Shown: positions 1 to 10,555, counted from the first letter of the stretch. The stretch is DNA of 29,121 nt from Octopus sinensis (GCF_006345805.1 NW_021833176.1:1-29121); one strand, 5' to 3'. Notes: a model not told the origin generated them from the sequence alone. Numbers and translations: made by a program.

Positions 1-309
1 TTAATGTGTATGTATGTATTGTAGGTTGTATATGTATGTATATGTATGTATGTGTGTGTACATATACATATGCGTGTGTAGATATATATATATATATTAT
101 ATATATATGTTGTGTGTATGTACATATATATATATATATATATATATGCATATTATATATACATAAAATGTGTATGTATATGTGTGTATACTTTTATATA
201 TGTGAGCAATGTATGCGTACATATTTGTGTATTTTTGTATATTTGTTGCTTATCCATTTGTGTGTATATTTGTATGTAATTTATACTTATGTATATATGT
301 ATATATTAT

Positions 310-370
<61 letters not shown>
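1..370. repeat. Compound (TA)n/(TATG)n microsatellite
   Basis: Direct reading; the Y/I/C/V/M-rich ORFs 6..374 and 209..538 are its translation. Confidence 0.95.
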
Positions 371-373
<3 letters not shown>

Positions 374-626
374 ATTTTATGTGTGCGTTTTTTTATGTGT
401 GCGTTACTTTCGAGCGTCATTACGTATCACTCTCTGTCCCTATCTATTTCCCCCCTTTCCCTCGCTATGTTCACTGTTTTTTTTACTTTTATTTTCTTTT
501 CTTCTTCTCCGCTGTTTTCTTCCTCTTCCCTATCTTAGTATTTTCTGATTTTTCCTTCTCTTTCTTTCTGTCCGACGAGCCGGAACGTGAAACTCTGAGT
601 AACAGTTTGAGATTTTTTACTGCTTT

Positions 627-630
<4 letters not shown>
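371..630 (+). mobile_element. Probable Penelope-like element terminal fragment with hammerhead motif
   Basis: Pyrimidine-rich tract, then CCGACGA..GAAAC..GTA hammerhead core (572-601), then a short T-rich tail into (AAT)n. PLE terminal repeats are known to carry minimal hammerheads. No PLE coding sequence is visible. Confidence 0.5.
557..612 (+). ncRNA. Minimal type-I hammerhead ribozyme-like motif
   Basis: Stem I CTGT(568-571)/ACAG(602-605); core CCGACGA(572-578); imperfect stem II (579-588); GAAA(589-592); palindromic stem III ACTC-T-GAGT; GTA cleavage triplet (599-601). Confidence 0.6.
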
Positions 631-659
<29 letters not shown>

Positions 660-662
660 TAA

Positions 663-701
<39 letters not shown>

Positions 702-925
702 TATATTATATATATATATTATATATAATATGTATGTATGTATATATATGTATATATAAAGCATATTACTCTACCCCTGATATTTGAGTACTCTTTTATC
801 CACCTTGTTTCACACATTTATGTGTTTACTCCGGTATATATATATATAAACAACATACATACATACATACATACATACATACATACATACATACATACAT
901 ACATACATACATACATACATACATA
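628..925. repeat. (AAT)n, (TA)n and (ACAT)n microsatellites
   Basis: Direct reading, with short unique interruptions. Confidence 0.9.
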
Positions 926-2177
926 CGAGAGGTGTTCATTAAAGATTTCCCCTGACCCATTTCACAAGGACTGGGATAAACGAAACTTGGCATAATTATA
1001 AGCCCTTCTCTACATAGCCACTACCAATAGTGACACGCTTCTTTCATCGCTTTATGTAGCTGTGAATACCTTGTCTGTAGAAGTCGGTCGGTTGCATCTG
1101 GAACCAAGACTTTACCTCGAAATTAATTCATCATCCGAAAAGTGCTTCCCCTTCAAAAAAGACTTCATGATTGGAAGTCAGATGGTGCAAGGTCGGGAAA
1201 GTAAGATAGATGAGAAAGGATTTAATAGCCGTAAGAGTGTGCTTTCAGATGGGCAACATGCACATTGTGAACTGGGACGTTGGTTTGAAGAAGGCGGACT
1301 ACTTTGGTCAGCATGCCCTGCCTCTCTGCTTTGATGGCGTCCCGTAATTTCTGTAGCAGAGAAGCATTATATACCCCATTAATTTTGGTGCCCTTTGCCA
1401 GAAAATCCATCATCACTACTCCGCGCTGGTCCCAAAGGATTGTGAGCATCACCTTGCCTGCTGAGGGTTGGACACGAGCCTTCTTTGGAGGTGGTGAATT
1501 ATTATGCTTCTATTGCTTCGACTGGACTTTGGTCTTAGGATCATAGTGATGGATCCATGTTTCATCTTGTGTGATAAGCCCGCCGAAAAGTTCTCATTTT
1601 CTTGGCACTTTGCTAAAAGAGCCTGGAGCAATTAACTCATTCCTGCTTTTGAAAAGGTGTGAGCATCCGGGAAATCGATGGTGCAGACAACTTGCGCATG
1701 TGCAAATGGTCGTGAAGGATTTTTTCCACGGACCCTATACTTATCTTCACTCCTTGAGCTAGTTGCCGAATAGTTATGCAGTGATCCTCCAAAATGGTGG
1801 CTTCCACTTTATGGATGGATGTGGTTGCCCGCGAATAAGAGCAGTTTCCACCGATATCCTACCACATTTGAAATACCGATGCCAGTACTTGACTACGTCA
1901 TATGATGGTGCATCGTCACCATAAACTTCTTTTATCTCATCGAAATTCTCTTTTGGTGTATGGCTTTTCAAGTATAAGAACTTGATCACTGGTCTGCATT
2001 CCACCGTCTCCATTATAATATTTTGGTCCTCTTCAGCAGCGGTAAAAGGCAAAAGAATACGAGTGGGAAGCTGCAATTTACTATGTGACATGTAGAGGCA
2101 TGTATGATTATACACAAGTTCTGTTTCCTGCAATAACCGGAAGTGGGTCAGGGGATATCCTTAATGAACACTGCTCG
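926..2177 (-). mobile_element. Full-length decayed mariner (Tc1/mariner) transposon, 1252 bp
   Basis: 38-bp TIRs 926-963 and 2140-2177 (33/38 identical); TA at 924-925, TG on the right (mutated TSD). Minus-strand transposase pieces: HTH 'VIKFLYLK..KEVYGDDAPSY..VKYWHRYFKCGR' (ORF 1774..2133), 'MLTILWDQRGVVMMDFL' (ORF 1222..1452), and SYFPDLAPSDF (~1174-1206, the YSPDLAPSDF motif). Frameshifted. Confidence 0.95.
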
Positions 2178-2390
2178 TGTGCGCGCGCGTGTGTGTGTAT
2201 AAAGAGTATAAAAGGGTTAAATTATCCTGGCGGATACTGAATTATCACATAGAATGGTATAGATGCATGCTATCCATAACAGTCCAATTACATCGTACTC
2301 AAGTATAAAATAGATACTGGTACTTATAAGCTTCACTTATTGGGTAGTTCCATGTTCCTATTCAGAACTGCAAATATTCCTGAGAATATA

Positions 2391-3054
2391 TAATTGAAAA
2401 CCGAGAGGAGGGTGGAGATTTATTCACATCTAAAACTTTTTTATTAAAATGTTTTCTACACCACATATAACAATGACCAACATATGTTTCTACTGCAACA
2501 ACTGAACATTGCTCTGTATGCAATTATGCATCATAGCTGCTGCAATTTTATCAAGGATCCATCACTTACGACGTTTTCAAAGTGAACTAATTCAAACAAG
2601 CTTTCTGCATTGGTATTCAGTTGAATGTGATAGCGTTACTATTTAAATCGAATTGAATTCTGGTCTTATGATCACCTCTGCTGGTATCACAGTGGAATCG
2701 TGGTTTTAAAACTATTACAATTAATTGTAATATAAACAACCAATTTAAAATCGCGATTCAACTGTAATACCAGTAGAGGTGATCATAAGACCAGAATTCA
2801 ATTCGATTTAAAAAGTAATGCTATCACCTTCAACTGAATGCCAACGCAGTAAGCTTGTTTGAATTAGTTCACTTTGAAAACACTGTAAGTGATGGACCCT
2901 TGATGAAATTGCAGCACTAGGATGTATAATTGCATACGGAGCAATGTGCAGTTGCTGCAGTAGAAACATATGTTGGTTATATGGTGTAGAAAATTTTTTA
3001 ACAAAAAAGTTTTATATGTGAATAAATCTCCACCCTCCTCTCGGTTTTCTATTA
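2391..3054. mobile_element. 664-bp palindromic foldback element / MITE
   Basis: Left arm TAATTGAAAACCGAGAGGAGGGTGGAGATTTATTCACAT.. is the reverse complement of the right arm ..ATGTGAATAAATCTCCACCCTCCTCTCGGTTTTCTATTA; symmetry continues to a central perfect palindrome TATTACAATTAATTGTAATA (2713-2732); TA at both ends. Confidence 0.9.
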
Positions 3055-3121
3055 CACACACACACGCATACACACATACACACACACACAACACACACAC
3101 ATACATACACACACATATTAC

Positions 3122-3160
3122 CTTTTACTTGTTTTAATCATTAGACGGAGCCTTGTTAGG
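3122..3160 (-). mobile_element. Degenerate 3' tail of SINE family B
   Basis: CTTTTACTTGTTTTAATCATTAGACGGAGCC resembles the reverse complement of the tail at 28070-28100. Confidence 0.45.
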
Positions 3161-3664
3161 ACTTACATACTGTAGAAGTCTTACGTTATATTAACATTTT
3201 GTAGCCAATACCTGGAGAGTACGTATGTGTGTGTGTTTGTGTGTGTGTTTGTGCGTGTTGTGAGTGTATGTGTGTGTGTGAATGCGCGCGCAGATGTGTG
3301 AATGTACACTTAAGCACACATACACACTCGAATTAGTACTGATGATACCCGCAGATATATCAGCAATATACATGTACATATATACATATGTAACCCCACA
3401 CCTACCGCTCCTTCCTACCTCCCTCCAACCACACGACCGATATCTTGTCCACCACGCAGTCAATTTCCTGTTCACCATGCGGTATTTTCCATCTAATTGC
3501 TGTCGCTAAGTACCAACATCAATATCGCGTGACCTTTCTCGACCAATCGTAGACTAACGTCTAGCAATAAACATTGATTCACTTCAATCGAACCCTCATT
3601 CAGACTCCAATGTCCGAAGACTAGCTTGAAACTAAGAGTACAAGGATTCTGAATCAAACTGTTT

Positions 3665-3807
<143 letters not shown>

Positions 3808-4330
3808 ACTGGGACAAGAACGCCAAAACATTTAGAAGACGATAAAAAAACACGGACGGGACATTCGAAGCCTTCAATCTTCAGTCAAGAACCGGATCAT
3901 CCTCGCAATTTCGGCTGATTAATCTTGAGATTGCTCCGATCTGGCCAGCCCCAAAGAAAATCTAAGCCAAGCGCATTAGATTCCTTAGAAGAAAGCCTCG
4001 AATGTATACAAAACAAGGACGGAAAAACGGACGATGTTACACGAATAAGAATACAAAAATACGTAAAAACAATAATGATAATAATAATAACAGAAACAGG
4101 ACGTCACAGACAGGCGTCTTTTCGACAGGACGAGTAAATTTTGAGCTGGCGTGTTAGAAAAATGCCTTGGGGCAGAGAGAGAAAAAATGTGTCTTGTCGC
4201 GACGACTGCTAACCACAAAAAGGCCGGCAATCGGTCAGTTAGTCACGTGTGAGGAGAAGAGAGAGGAAAAGAGGGACAGATGAAGAGAGAAAAAAGAGGA
4301 ACAAGGAACAAAGGAGGAGAGAGAGAGAGA
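3808..4330 (-). repeat. Interspersed repeat, possibly Penelope-like terminal region
   Basis: Minus-strand layout (pyrimidine-rich tract, CTGAAGA..GAA motif, short tail into microsatellite) parallels 371-630 and 28280-28470. No coding motif recognised. Confidence 0.35.
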
Positions 4331-4989
4331 GAGAGAGCAAGTGGAGTGCAAAGTGTGTGAAAGGCAGATATTAGAAGAAATGAGGTACTCAGAAAATCGG
4401 ATGGTTTATATTTACAGATATTTATTTGTATATTACATTTTTTATACATCATATAACTTAGATCATGTATTAGCGCTTTCTCCCATTCTAGTGGGGTTTT
4501 CAAATCAAACTAAGTTCAGGAATGTCGACTGTTCATATCGTTACATAAGCGTACGATGTGTCTGTCCATGGTCCAAAATATTTAACTCTTAACAAAACAA
4601 AACAAACAAAAAGGAACCTACTCCATCTACCTGTGAATAAGGCACCACCAGGCGCTGGAAAGAACCTACTAATTGTTGTAAACAGCTACAGCATAGTGAA
4701 AATAAATGAGTGTTCTGCAGTGCAAAATTCAGAGTTGCAGTAAAATTCAGTGTATCTTTACTTCAGGATGAACCTGATAATAATTCTACTTACAAAACTG
4801 TATTTGTTCGAGGGAAAACGTAAGAGGAAAATCATGAGAGGACAACAAAGAAAAGGGAAGATAAAATCCAGCAACAAATAAACAGAGAGAACAATATCTT
4901 TGCAAAGTAGCGAATTGGCAGCAGCATTATTAGAGCGTCGAATAGAAAATCTTAGGTTATTCATTACGGCTCAATGAATAACTGCAGGC

Positions 4990-5060
4990 AGAGTTCAAAT
5001 ACCATTGAAGTTAACTTTGCCTTTCATCCTTTTTAGGGGTCGATAAAATAAAGTACCAGA
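4990..5060 (+). mobile_element. SINE family A fragment
   Basis: B box GAGTTCAAAT plus core CTTTGCCTTTCATCCTTTT..GGGGTCGATAAAATAAAGTACCAG. Confidence 0.8.
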
Positions 5061-5662
5061 GGGAAGTAGGTAAAGTACCAGAGAGAAGTAGATTTCACTC
5101 TTCCCTTTGTGTATATCTCTCTCACTCTTTCTTTCTGTGTGACTCTGTGTCATTTTGTCTTTCACTTCACTTCTCTTCGCTTTCTCCAGGAGAAATCATC
5201 TGTGGTCAGACCTGGTGAGAAATAGGCTCTGTTAGATTGAAATGCTCAAGAATCTGATCTTTTGCCCAAGGGTGGTGACTGAAATGCATCTGTTGCTATT
5301 TTTTGTTTTATTTTTATTTTATATCTTTTTTTTAAGGATATCTAAATAAGTTCTTTGATAGAAATGTCGGTCTTCATTTTATATTTAGGTATCAGCAAAT
5401 ATGGAACATGTGAAACACTGAGACAATTTCTTGAGCAGAACGTAACAAGATCTTGAGTATCCAGTGAAACAAGTTTAGTGAACAAGTAGTCATCTCATAA
5501 TTAGACAATTTTGTCCGAGTTAATTAATTGGTCAAGCGTAAACTGATGGACAGAGCATTGTGCTGGCTGGGTATCTTGGCTCCAAAAAATAGTTTTTATT
5601 TTGTGTTTTATATTTGTTTAATATATTTCAAATTTTTGTACAAGGCCAGAAATTTTAGAGTA

Positions 5663-5817
5663 GGGGATAAGTCGCTTACATCGATCTCAGTGTTCTACTG
5701 ATATGTATTTTATTGACCCCGAAAGATGAAAGGCAAAGTCGACCACGGCGGAACTTGAACTCAGACGTACGAAATATTGCTAAGCCTTTCGCTTGGCGTG
5801 CTAACGATTCTGCCAGC
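5663..5817 (-). mobile_element. SINE family A
   Basis: Reverse complement of head (GCTGGCAGAATCGTTAGCACGCC), B box and core. Confidence 0.85.
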
Positions 5818-6467
5818 ACGCAGTTTAATATGGAAAATTATTATGGGCTATTACTTGATATGGAGAATCCATATCTTTTATCTATTATTAGGAGTGCAGC
5901 TATACTGGAACAAATCGACCCCAGTGCTTATTTTTTAAAGTCTGATGTTTTTACTATTGACCTCATTTGCCGAACCGTTAAGTTACTGAAACAAGCTAAC
6001 ACCGATTGTCAAGTGGTACTGCGGAACAAACACGAACACACACACAAGCACGTACACATGCACATACGCATGGACACATATGCACACACACACGTAGAAC
6101 GTACTTCAACACAATTTCCATCTACCAAATCCATTCACAAGACATGTGTAGAAGACAACTTTCCCTTTGTATTATTTAATATGGAGTGTTATTACAAAGC
6201 ATACTAACAGGCCGGAGTGCCAAGATTCGATTTTCTATCATAGCTTAATCCAGTGTTTGTTATAGGGAAGGGTCAGGCGTCCGTGGAAGAAGGGCGTGTG
6301 TAAAAGGTAGACGGCAAACAAACTGCCATGTTAGATAACATTATGACTGTTTCCAACTTAAACATTTTTCCAGCGTGGAGAAAAACGGTTGCAGAGTCTA
6401 TTTTGTTTTTCATTGATAAAGAAGTGGGATGGGGATAAGAAACTGTCGTTAATATCTTTTTGATTGA

Positions 6468-6876
6468 TGGTAGAAACGTTAGCATGCCGGGCGAAATGCT
6501 TAGCAGTATTTCGTCTGTCCTTACGTTCTGAGTTCAAATTCCGCCGAGGTCGACTTTGCCTTTCATCCTTTCGGGGTCGATTAAATAAGTACCAGTTACG
6601 CACTGGGATCGATATAATCGACTTAATCCCTTTTTCTGTCCTTGTATGTCCCCTCTGTGTGTGGTCCCTTGTGGGCAGTAAAGAAATAGGTAGTTCGTTT
6701 GCCATTACGATCTGAGTTCAAATTACGCCGAGGTTCACTCTGCCTTTCATCCTTTCGGGGTCGATTAAATAAGTACCAGTTACGCACTGGGGTCGATATA
6801 ATCGACTTAATCCCTTTGTCTGTCCTTGTTTGTCTCCTCTGTGTGTAGTCCCTTGTGGGTAGTAAAGAAATAGGTA
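6468..6876 (+). mobile_element. SINE family A, head-to-tail dimer (tRNA-derived, Meta-domain-like core, tail type 1)
   Basis: A-box-like TGGTAGAAACGTTAG, B box GAGTTCAAATTCC, core GCCTTTCATCCTTTCGGGGTCGATTAAATAAGTACCAG (resembles the MetaSINE/Sauria core as I recall it); second unit 6689-6876 lacks the A box. Confidence 0.9.
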
Positions 6877-7194
6877 GAGAATGTATGCTTGCATGCTCCA
6901 TCCCTTTTATATCATTAATATATCGGATAACTACCGTTCTCACTGCGCTAAACTCAACGAAGACGACGATGGATACATATTGTCATTATGGGCCATGTAG
7001 GCTATTGTATCAGTACACAGCACAAATGATAGAGTAGTGCGAGAAGAGTTACATTGATGTACTCTGAGCACTAACAGATGGTAGTTGTAGAAGAAAGTAT
7101 CCGTCAAAGATAACGGGGATATTTACAAAATACGCAAGTATGATAATGCAGATAACGAACATCATTACTTTAAACCGTCTATGTCGTCGTTCGG

Positions 7195-7370
7195 CCAATT
7201 AGAAATAGCAGCTAAATTTAACCCAAAATGACATTCAACCGTCTTAACATAAGACACATTGGGTGATGTAATCTAGGGTACATGATCCATAAAATCTGTT
7301 TAAGAAGACGAGCTGGTCATGGATAGAATGCCCTTTAACCACAGGGCTGCTCAATCAGGATTGACAACAG
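7195..7370 (+). repeat. Degenerate interspersed repeat, similar to 19715-19850 on the minus strand
   Basis: TTAGAAATAGCAGCTAAAT..CAACCGTCTTAA..GACACATTGGGTGATGTAATCTAGGGTACAT loosely matches the reverse complement of the 19.8 kb copy. Confidence 0.4.
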
Positions 7371-7691
7371 CAAAGGCAACGAAAGTAAGTCAAAGAAGGA
7401 AGAAGACTTTTGCGTGGGTGTTAAACCTACTGGAGAAAAAGAGAACAGCAAAATCTTCACACACGCTTACACAGTCACACACGCGCGCGTTTTAGAAGAA
7501 CTCCTTGTATAATGCGATATTGGTTGTAGCACTGTACATGTGAACGAGCAGGTATGGTCACGGTTGGGACGTCTTTCACCATAGGTTTGGCGGAGTAGGA
7601 CTAAATAACAACAACAACAACAACAAGTACTACTACTACTACTTATTTCTTTTTGTATCAACAATGAAAATGCCCAAGGCACAGGTGGCAC

Positions 7692-7770
7692 AGGTTAGAA
7701 TTTCGCCAGGGTCAGCTTTGCCTTTCAACCTTGCATCGGTAAAATAAGTGCCAGTCATGCACTGGAAGTC
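7692..7770 (+). mobile_element. Degenerate SINE family A fragment
   Basis: GGTCAGCTTTGCCTTTCAACC..GGTAAAATAAGTGCCAG..CACTGG core. Confidence 0.65.
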
Positions 7771-7817
7771 CATATTGTGAGTTATTTCTTCCCTTTTCCA
7801 ATGAATGAATGAATGAA

Positions 7818-8197
7818 TCTCTCTATATATAAACGGCAGTTTGTCTGTGTGTTTCTGTGTGTCTGTTTGGTTGTACCCTCGCCCTGACCACGGCTTTCAA
7901 CCGATTCTGATGAAACTTGACACACACATAGCCCAATGTCATAATTCAAAACTAACGCAGCGAAAATTTTGAAAAGTTCCCCCAGTTCTGAAAAAGATCG
8001 ATAAATTCGACATGGGGTCGACAATCAGAAACACAAACCACAGATGGTCTAGGGGACGCAACTCGACCTTTTAACTATCAAAAAAAATTTACCATCATTT
8101 TTTCCCCCTTTTTTTTGCTATTTTTTGGCTATAACTCTCAAAATGCTTTATAGTTATTTCCCTTACAAACCCGAGCAACGCCGGGCGATACTGCTAG
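7818..8197 (+). mobile_element. Non-autonomous Helitron, 380 bp
   Basis: A|TC 5' end at 7818; TCTCTCTATATATAAA then a TCTG/TGTG tract; subterminal hairpin CCCGAGCAACGCCGGG (8170-8185); CTAG|T 3' end (8194-8197); no TSD. Confidence 0.9.
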
Positions 8198-8259
8198 TAA
8201 ATAAATAAAATAAGTCGCATCATTATATTAAGTCAGAAACCGTTATGAAATATGATTAA

Positions 8260-8882
8260 GACGGCGAGCTGATTAAACTGCTTAGTGGCATTTCTACCAT
8301 TTTTATGTTTTGTGCTCAAATTCAGCAGGGGTCAACTTCGTCTTTTATCCTCTAGCAGATGATAAAATAAGTACCAGTTGATTCCTGGGGTGCAATCAAC
8401 TAATCCTCTCCCGCAAATTTCAGGCCTTGCGCCTATAGTTGAAAGGGTTATTATTAAGGTGGAAGGCTGGCAGAGTTATCAGCACGCCGAACAAATGCTT
8501 TGCGGTGTTTATTTTGGTTTTACGTTCCGAGATCAAATTTCGCCATCGAGGTCGACTTTGTCTTTCATCTTTTCGAGGTCAATCAAATAAAGTACCAGTT
8601 GAGCACTGGGGTTAATGTAATCGATGAGCCTCCTCTCTCCAAATTTCAAGCCATGTGCCTAGAGTAGATAGGATTATTATATATGATTGAGTGGTGGTGG
8701 ATTAGCAGAATTGGTAGAGCATTAGACAAAAAATTCTTGCGATATTTATTCCAGTTTTGAGTTCAAATCACTCTGAGGCCTACTTCAGAGTTGATCAAGT
8801 AATGTACCAGTCAAAGATCGATGGCACTGACTAAGCCCCTCCCTTAAAAATTGCTAGCCTTGTGTTTAATTTAAAAATTACT
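8260..8882 (+). mobile_element. Three consecutive diverged SINE family A copies with tail type 2
   Basis: Units ~8260-8455, ~8458-8680, ~8691-8882, each with head, B box/core and a CCTC..AAATTTCAGGCCTTG..TAG..AAAGG-ATTATT-like tail. Confidence 0.8.
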
Positions 8883-9409
8883 TTTTTTTTTTTTTTTTAG
8901 AAAACAATATTTTGGTAAAAAAAAAAGTACAAGCGGTTGTGAATAGCCGATGGACCGAAAAATAATTCTACTTCTGTTGCATCCAACGCATTTTTATTCA
9001 TCGGTAGGGGGCGGATTTTGTCTTAAGATGCAGTTGGCTGTGAGTACATGCTACTGACACTGCGCAACGAAGCAGAAATGTTGCATCTAGTGTTCTCGCC
9101 GCTACTAGGACGATTTTCGTCTGCCTGCAATATATATATATATTGTTTTTAAACAAAGCATGTCCACAAGAGATATTATCTCCGGACAAATATCTCAGCA
9201 AATTTGCTTTTTACGATGTATTTACATTAAGTATGATGCATAGATGCCTGTGTGTCTGTGTGTGTGTGGGGGGGTGTAGGTGGGTGTGTTTGTTTCCGAA
9301 TGTATGCGTGCATTTTTGTATGAGTGCGTATGTGTATGAATGTATGTACATACACACACATACACACAGCTAAATCACTGTTACGTTTTTGTTAGTACGT
9401 AAGATGTTT

Positions 9410-9915
9410 ACTGTTGCAGTGTGTTGTTGTTGTTATTGTTGTAGTGTTTATTGCTGTTGCCATTGTTGTTAATGAGATAATTATTGCCATTACAACTGCT
9501 TCTGTGGCTGCTGCTGCTGGTGCTGCCATTTTGACAGTTGTCAATGCATTGTTACAAACCATCACCACCATCATCAACCCATAATTACCACCACTACCAC
9601 CACAGCCACCCCTACCACTGCAAACACCACCCCCATTATTACGACGACGACCTCCACAACCACCCCTACCACCGCAAGCACCACCAACGTCAGAGCCATC
9701 ACCCCACTCAACCACCACAACAACCATCACTGGCGCGTAAAAATTCGAGATGTTCATGGTTGACTTGCTTCTGATTATAGGTCTGTTGGACCAGATCTGA
9801 ACTATGTTGAAACAACAACGTATCAACAAGTCGAATAACATCCATTACCACCACCACCACCACCAAAGTCAAACGCAACGACAATAACACGTCGGCAACC
9901 ACCACCAACGTCAGC
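9410..9915. repeat. Degenerate (GTT/GCT)n and (CCA/CAA)n trinucleotide tracts
   Basis: Direct reading; source of the poly-V/G/H/T ORFs at 9392-9917. Confidence 0.85.
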
Positions 9916-10407
9916 AACGGGCCAACGAGGCAACTTCTATAGGGTCTCTCGATACGCTCGCTATAAATAGTTCCCTAAATTCTCCCACTAAAATTCACAC
10001 CCTACTTAGCGTCGCATTTATTCTGTGTCGAAATTCGATCACGTTGTACGGAATGTTAAACAACTATTTGTTGTAAAAGCTAAATATTGAGCCAAGCTCT
10101 TTACCCCCATCTTGATACTGAATCACTGTTCACAGTTGGAAATGGGTAGTCAGTTGCTAATGAAATCTCAATAAAGGCTGAATCTGGTCCAGCTGATCCT
10201 TCGCTCTCTATTTTCTTTCTTCTTTTTTTTTTTTTCCTGTCCCTGGCAAGATTATTTCAAACGGCAGTTGTTTATGAATATCCAGTGTATTTGGTTGGTT
10301 AAATTTAATTAATTAACACATGCGGTGTTTTAGGTTTAAAGCTGTAAGTTTATTCTATGAAATGTTATTGCATCAAAAGCGAAGACAATAGGTCAAGAAA
10401 AGGAGGT

Positions 10408-10454
<47 letters not shown>

Positions 10455-10555
10455 TGAGTGAGTGAGTGAGTGAGTGAGTGAGTGAGTGAGTGAGAGAGAG
10501 AGGGGGCAGACAGAGAGACAGAGAGGGGAGGAGGAAAAAGAAAGAAAGAAAGAGA
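10408..10555. repeat. (GA)n/(GAGT)n microsatellite
   Basis: Direct reading. Confidence 0.95.

Noticed and set aside
6-995. ORFs rich in Y/I/C/V/M/H/T (also 13542, 20950, 22266-24244, 28169-28904)
   Set aside because: Translations of (TA), (TG), (CA) and (TATG) microsatellites.
3845-3885. Minus-strand CTGAAGA..GAATGTC as a hammerhead
   Set aside because: GAAA reads GAAT, stem II has no loop and stem I does not pair.
5051-5094. 22-bp tandem duplication TAAAGTACCAGAGRGAAGTAG (similar small ones at ~10972-11006 and ~19660-19710)
   Set aside because: Ordinary slippage-type duplications.
5713-6207. 164-aa ORF
   Set aside because: Starts at TTG inside an antisense SINE (PKDERQSRPRRNLNS), runs through (CA)-like repeats, and has no recognisable domain.
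6358-6943. Repeated peptide PRKDERQSRPRRNLNS in several ORFs (also 22175)
   Set aside because: Antisense translation of the SINE A core, not a protein repeat family.
6468-8882. Regularly repeated units as a CRISPR-like array
   Set aside because: These are SINE multimers without unique spacers, in eukaryotic DNA.
9955-9975. TATAAATA as a promoter TATA box
   Set aside because: Expected by chance in AT-rich DNA; no supporting transcript structure.
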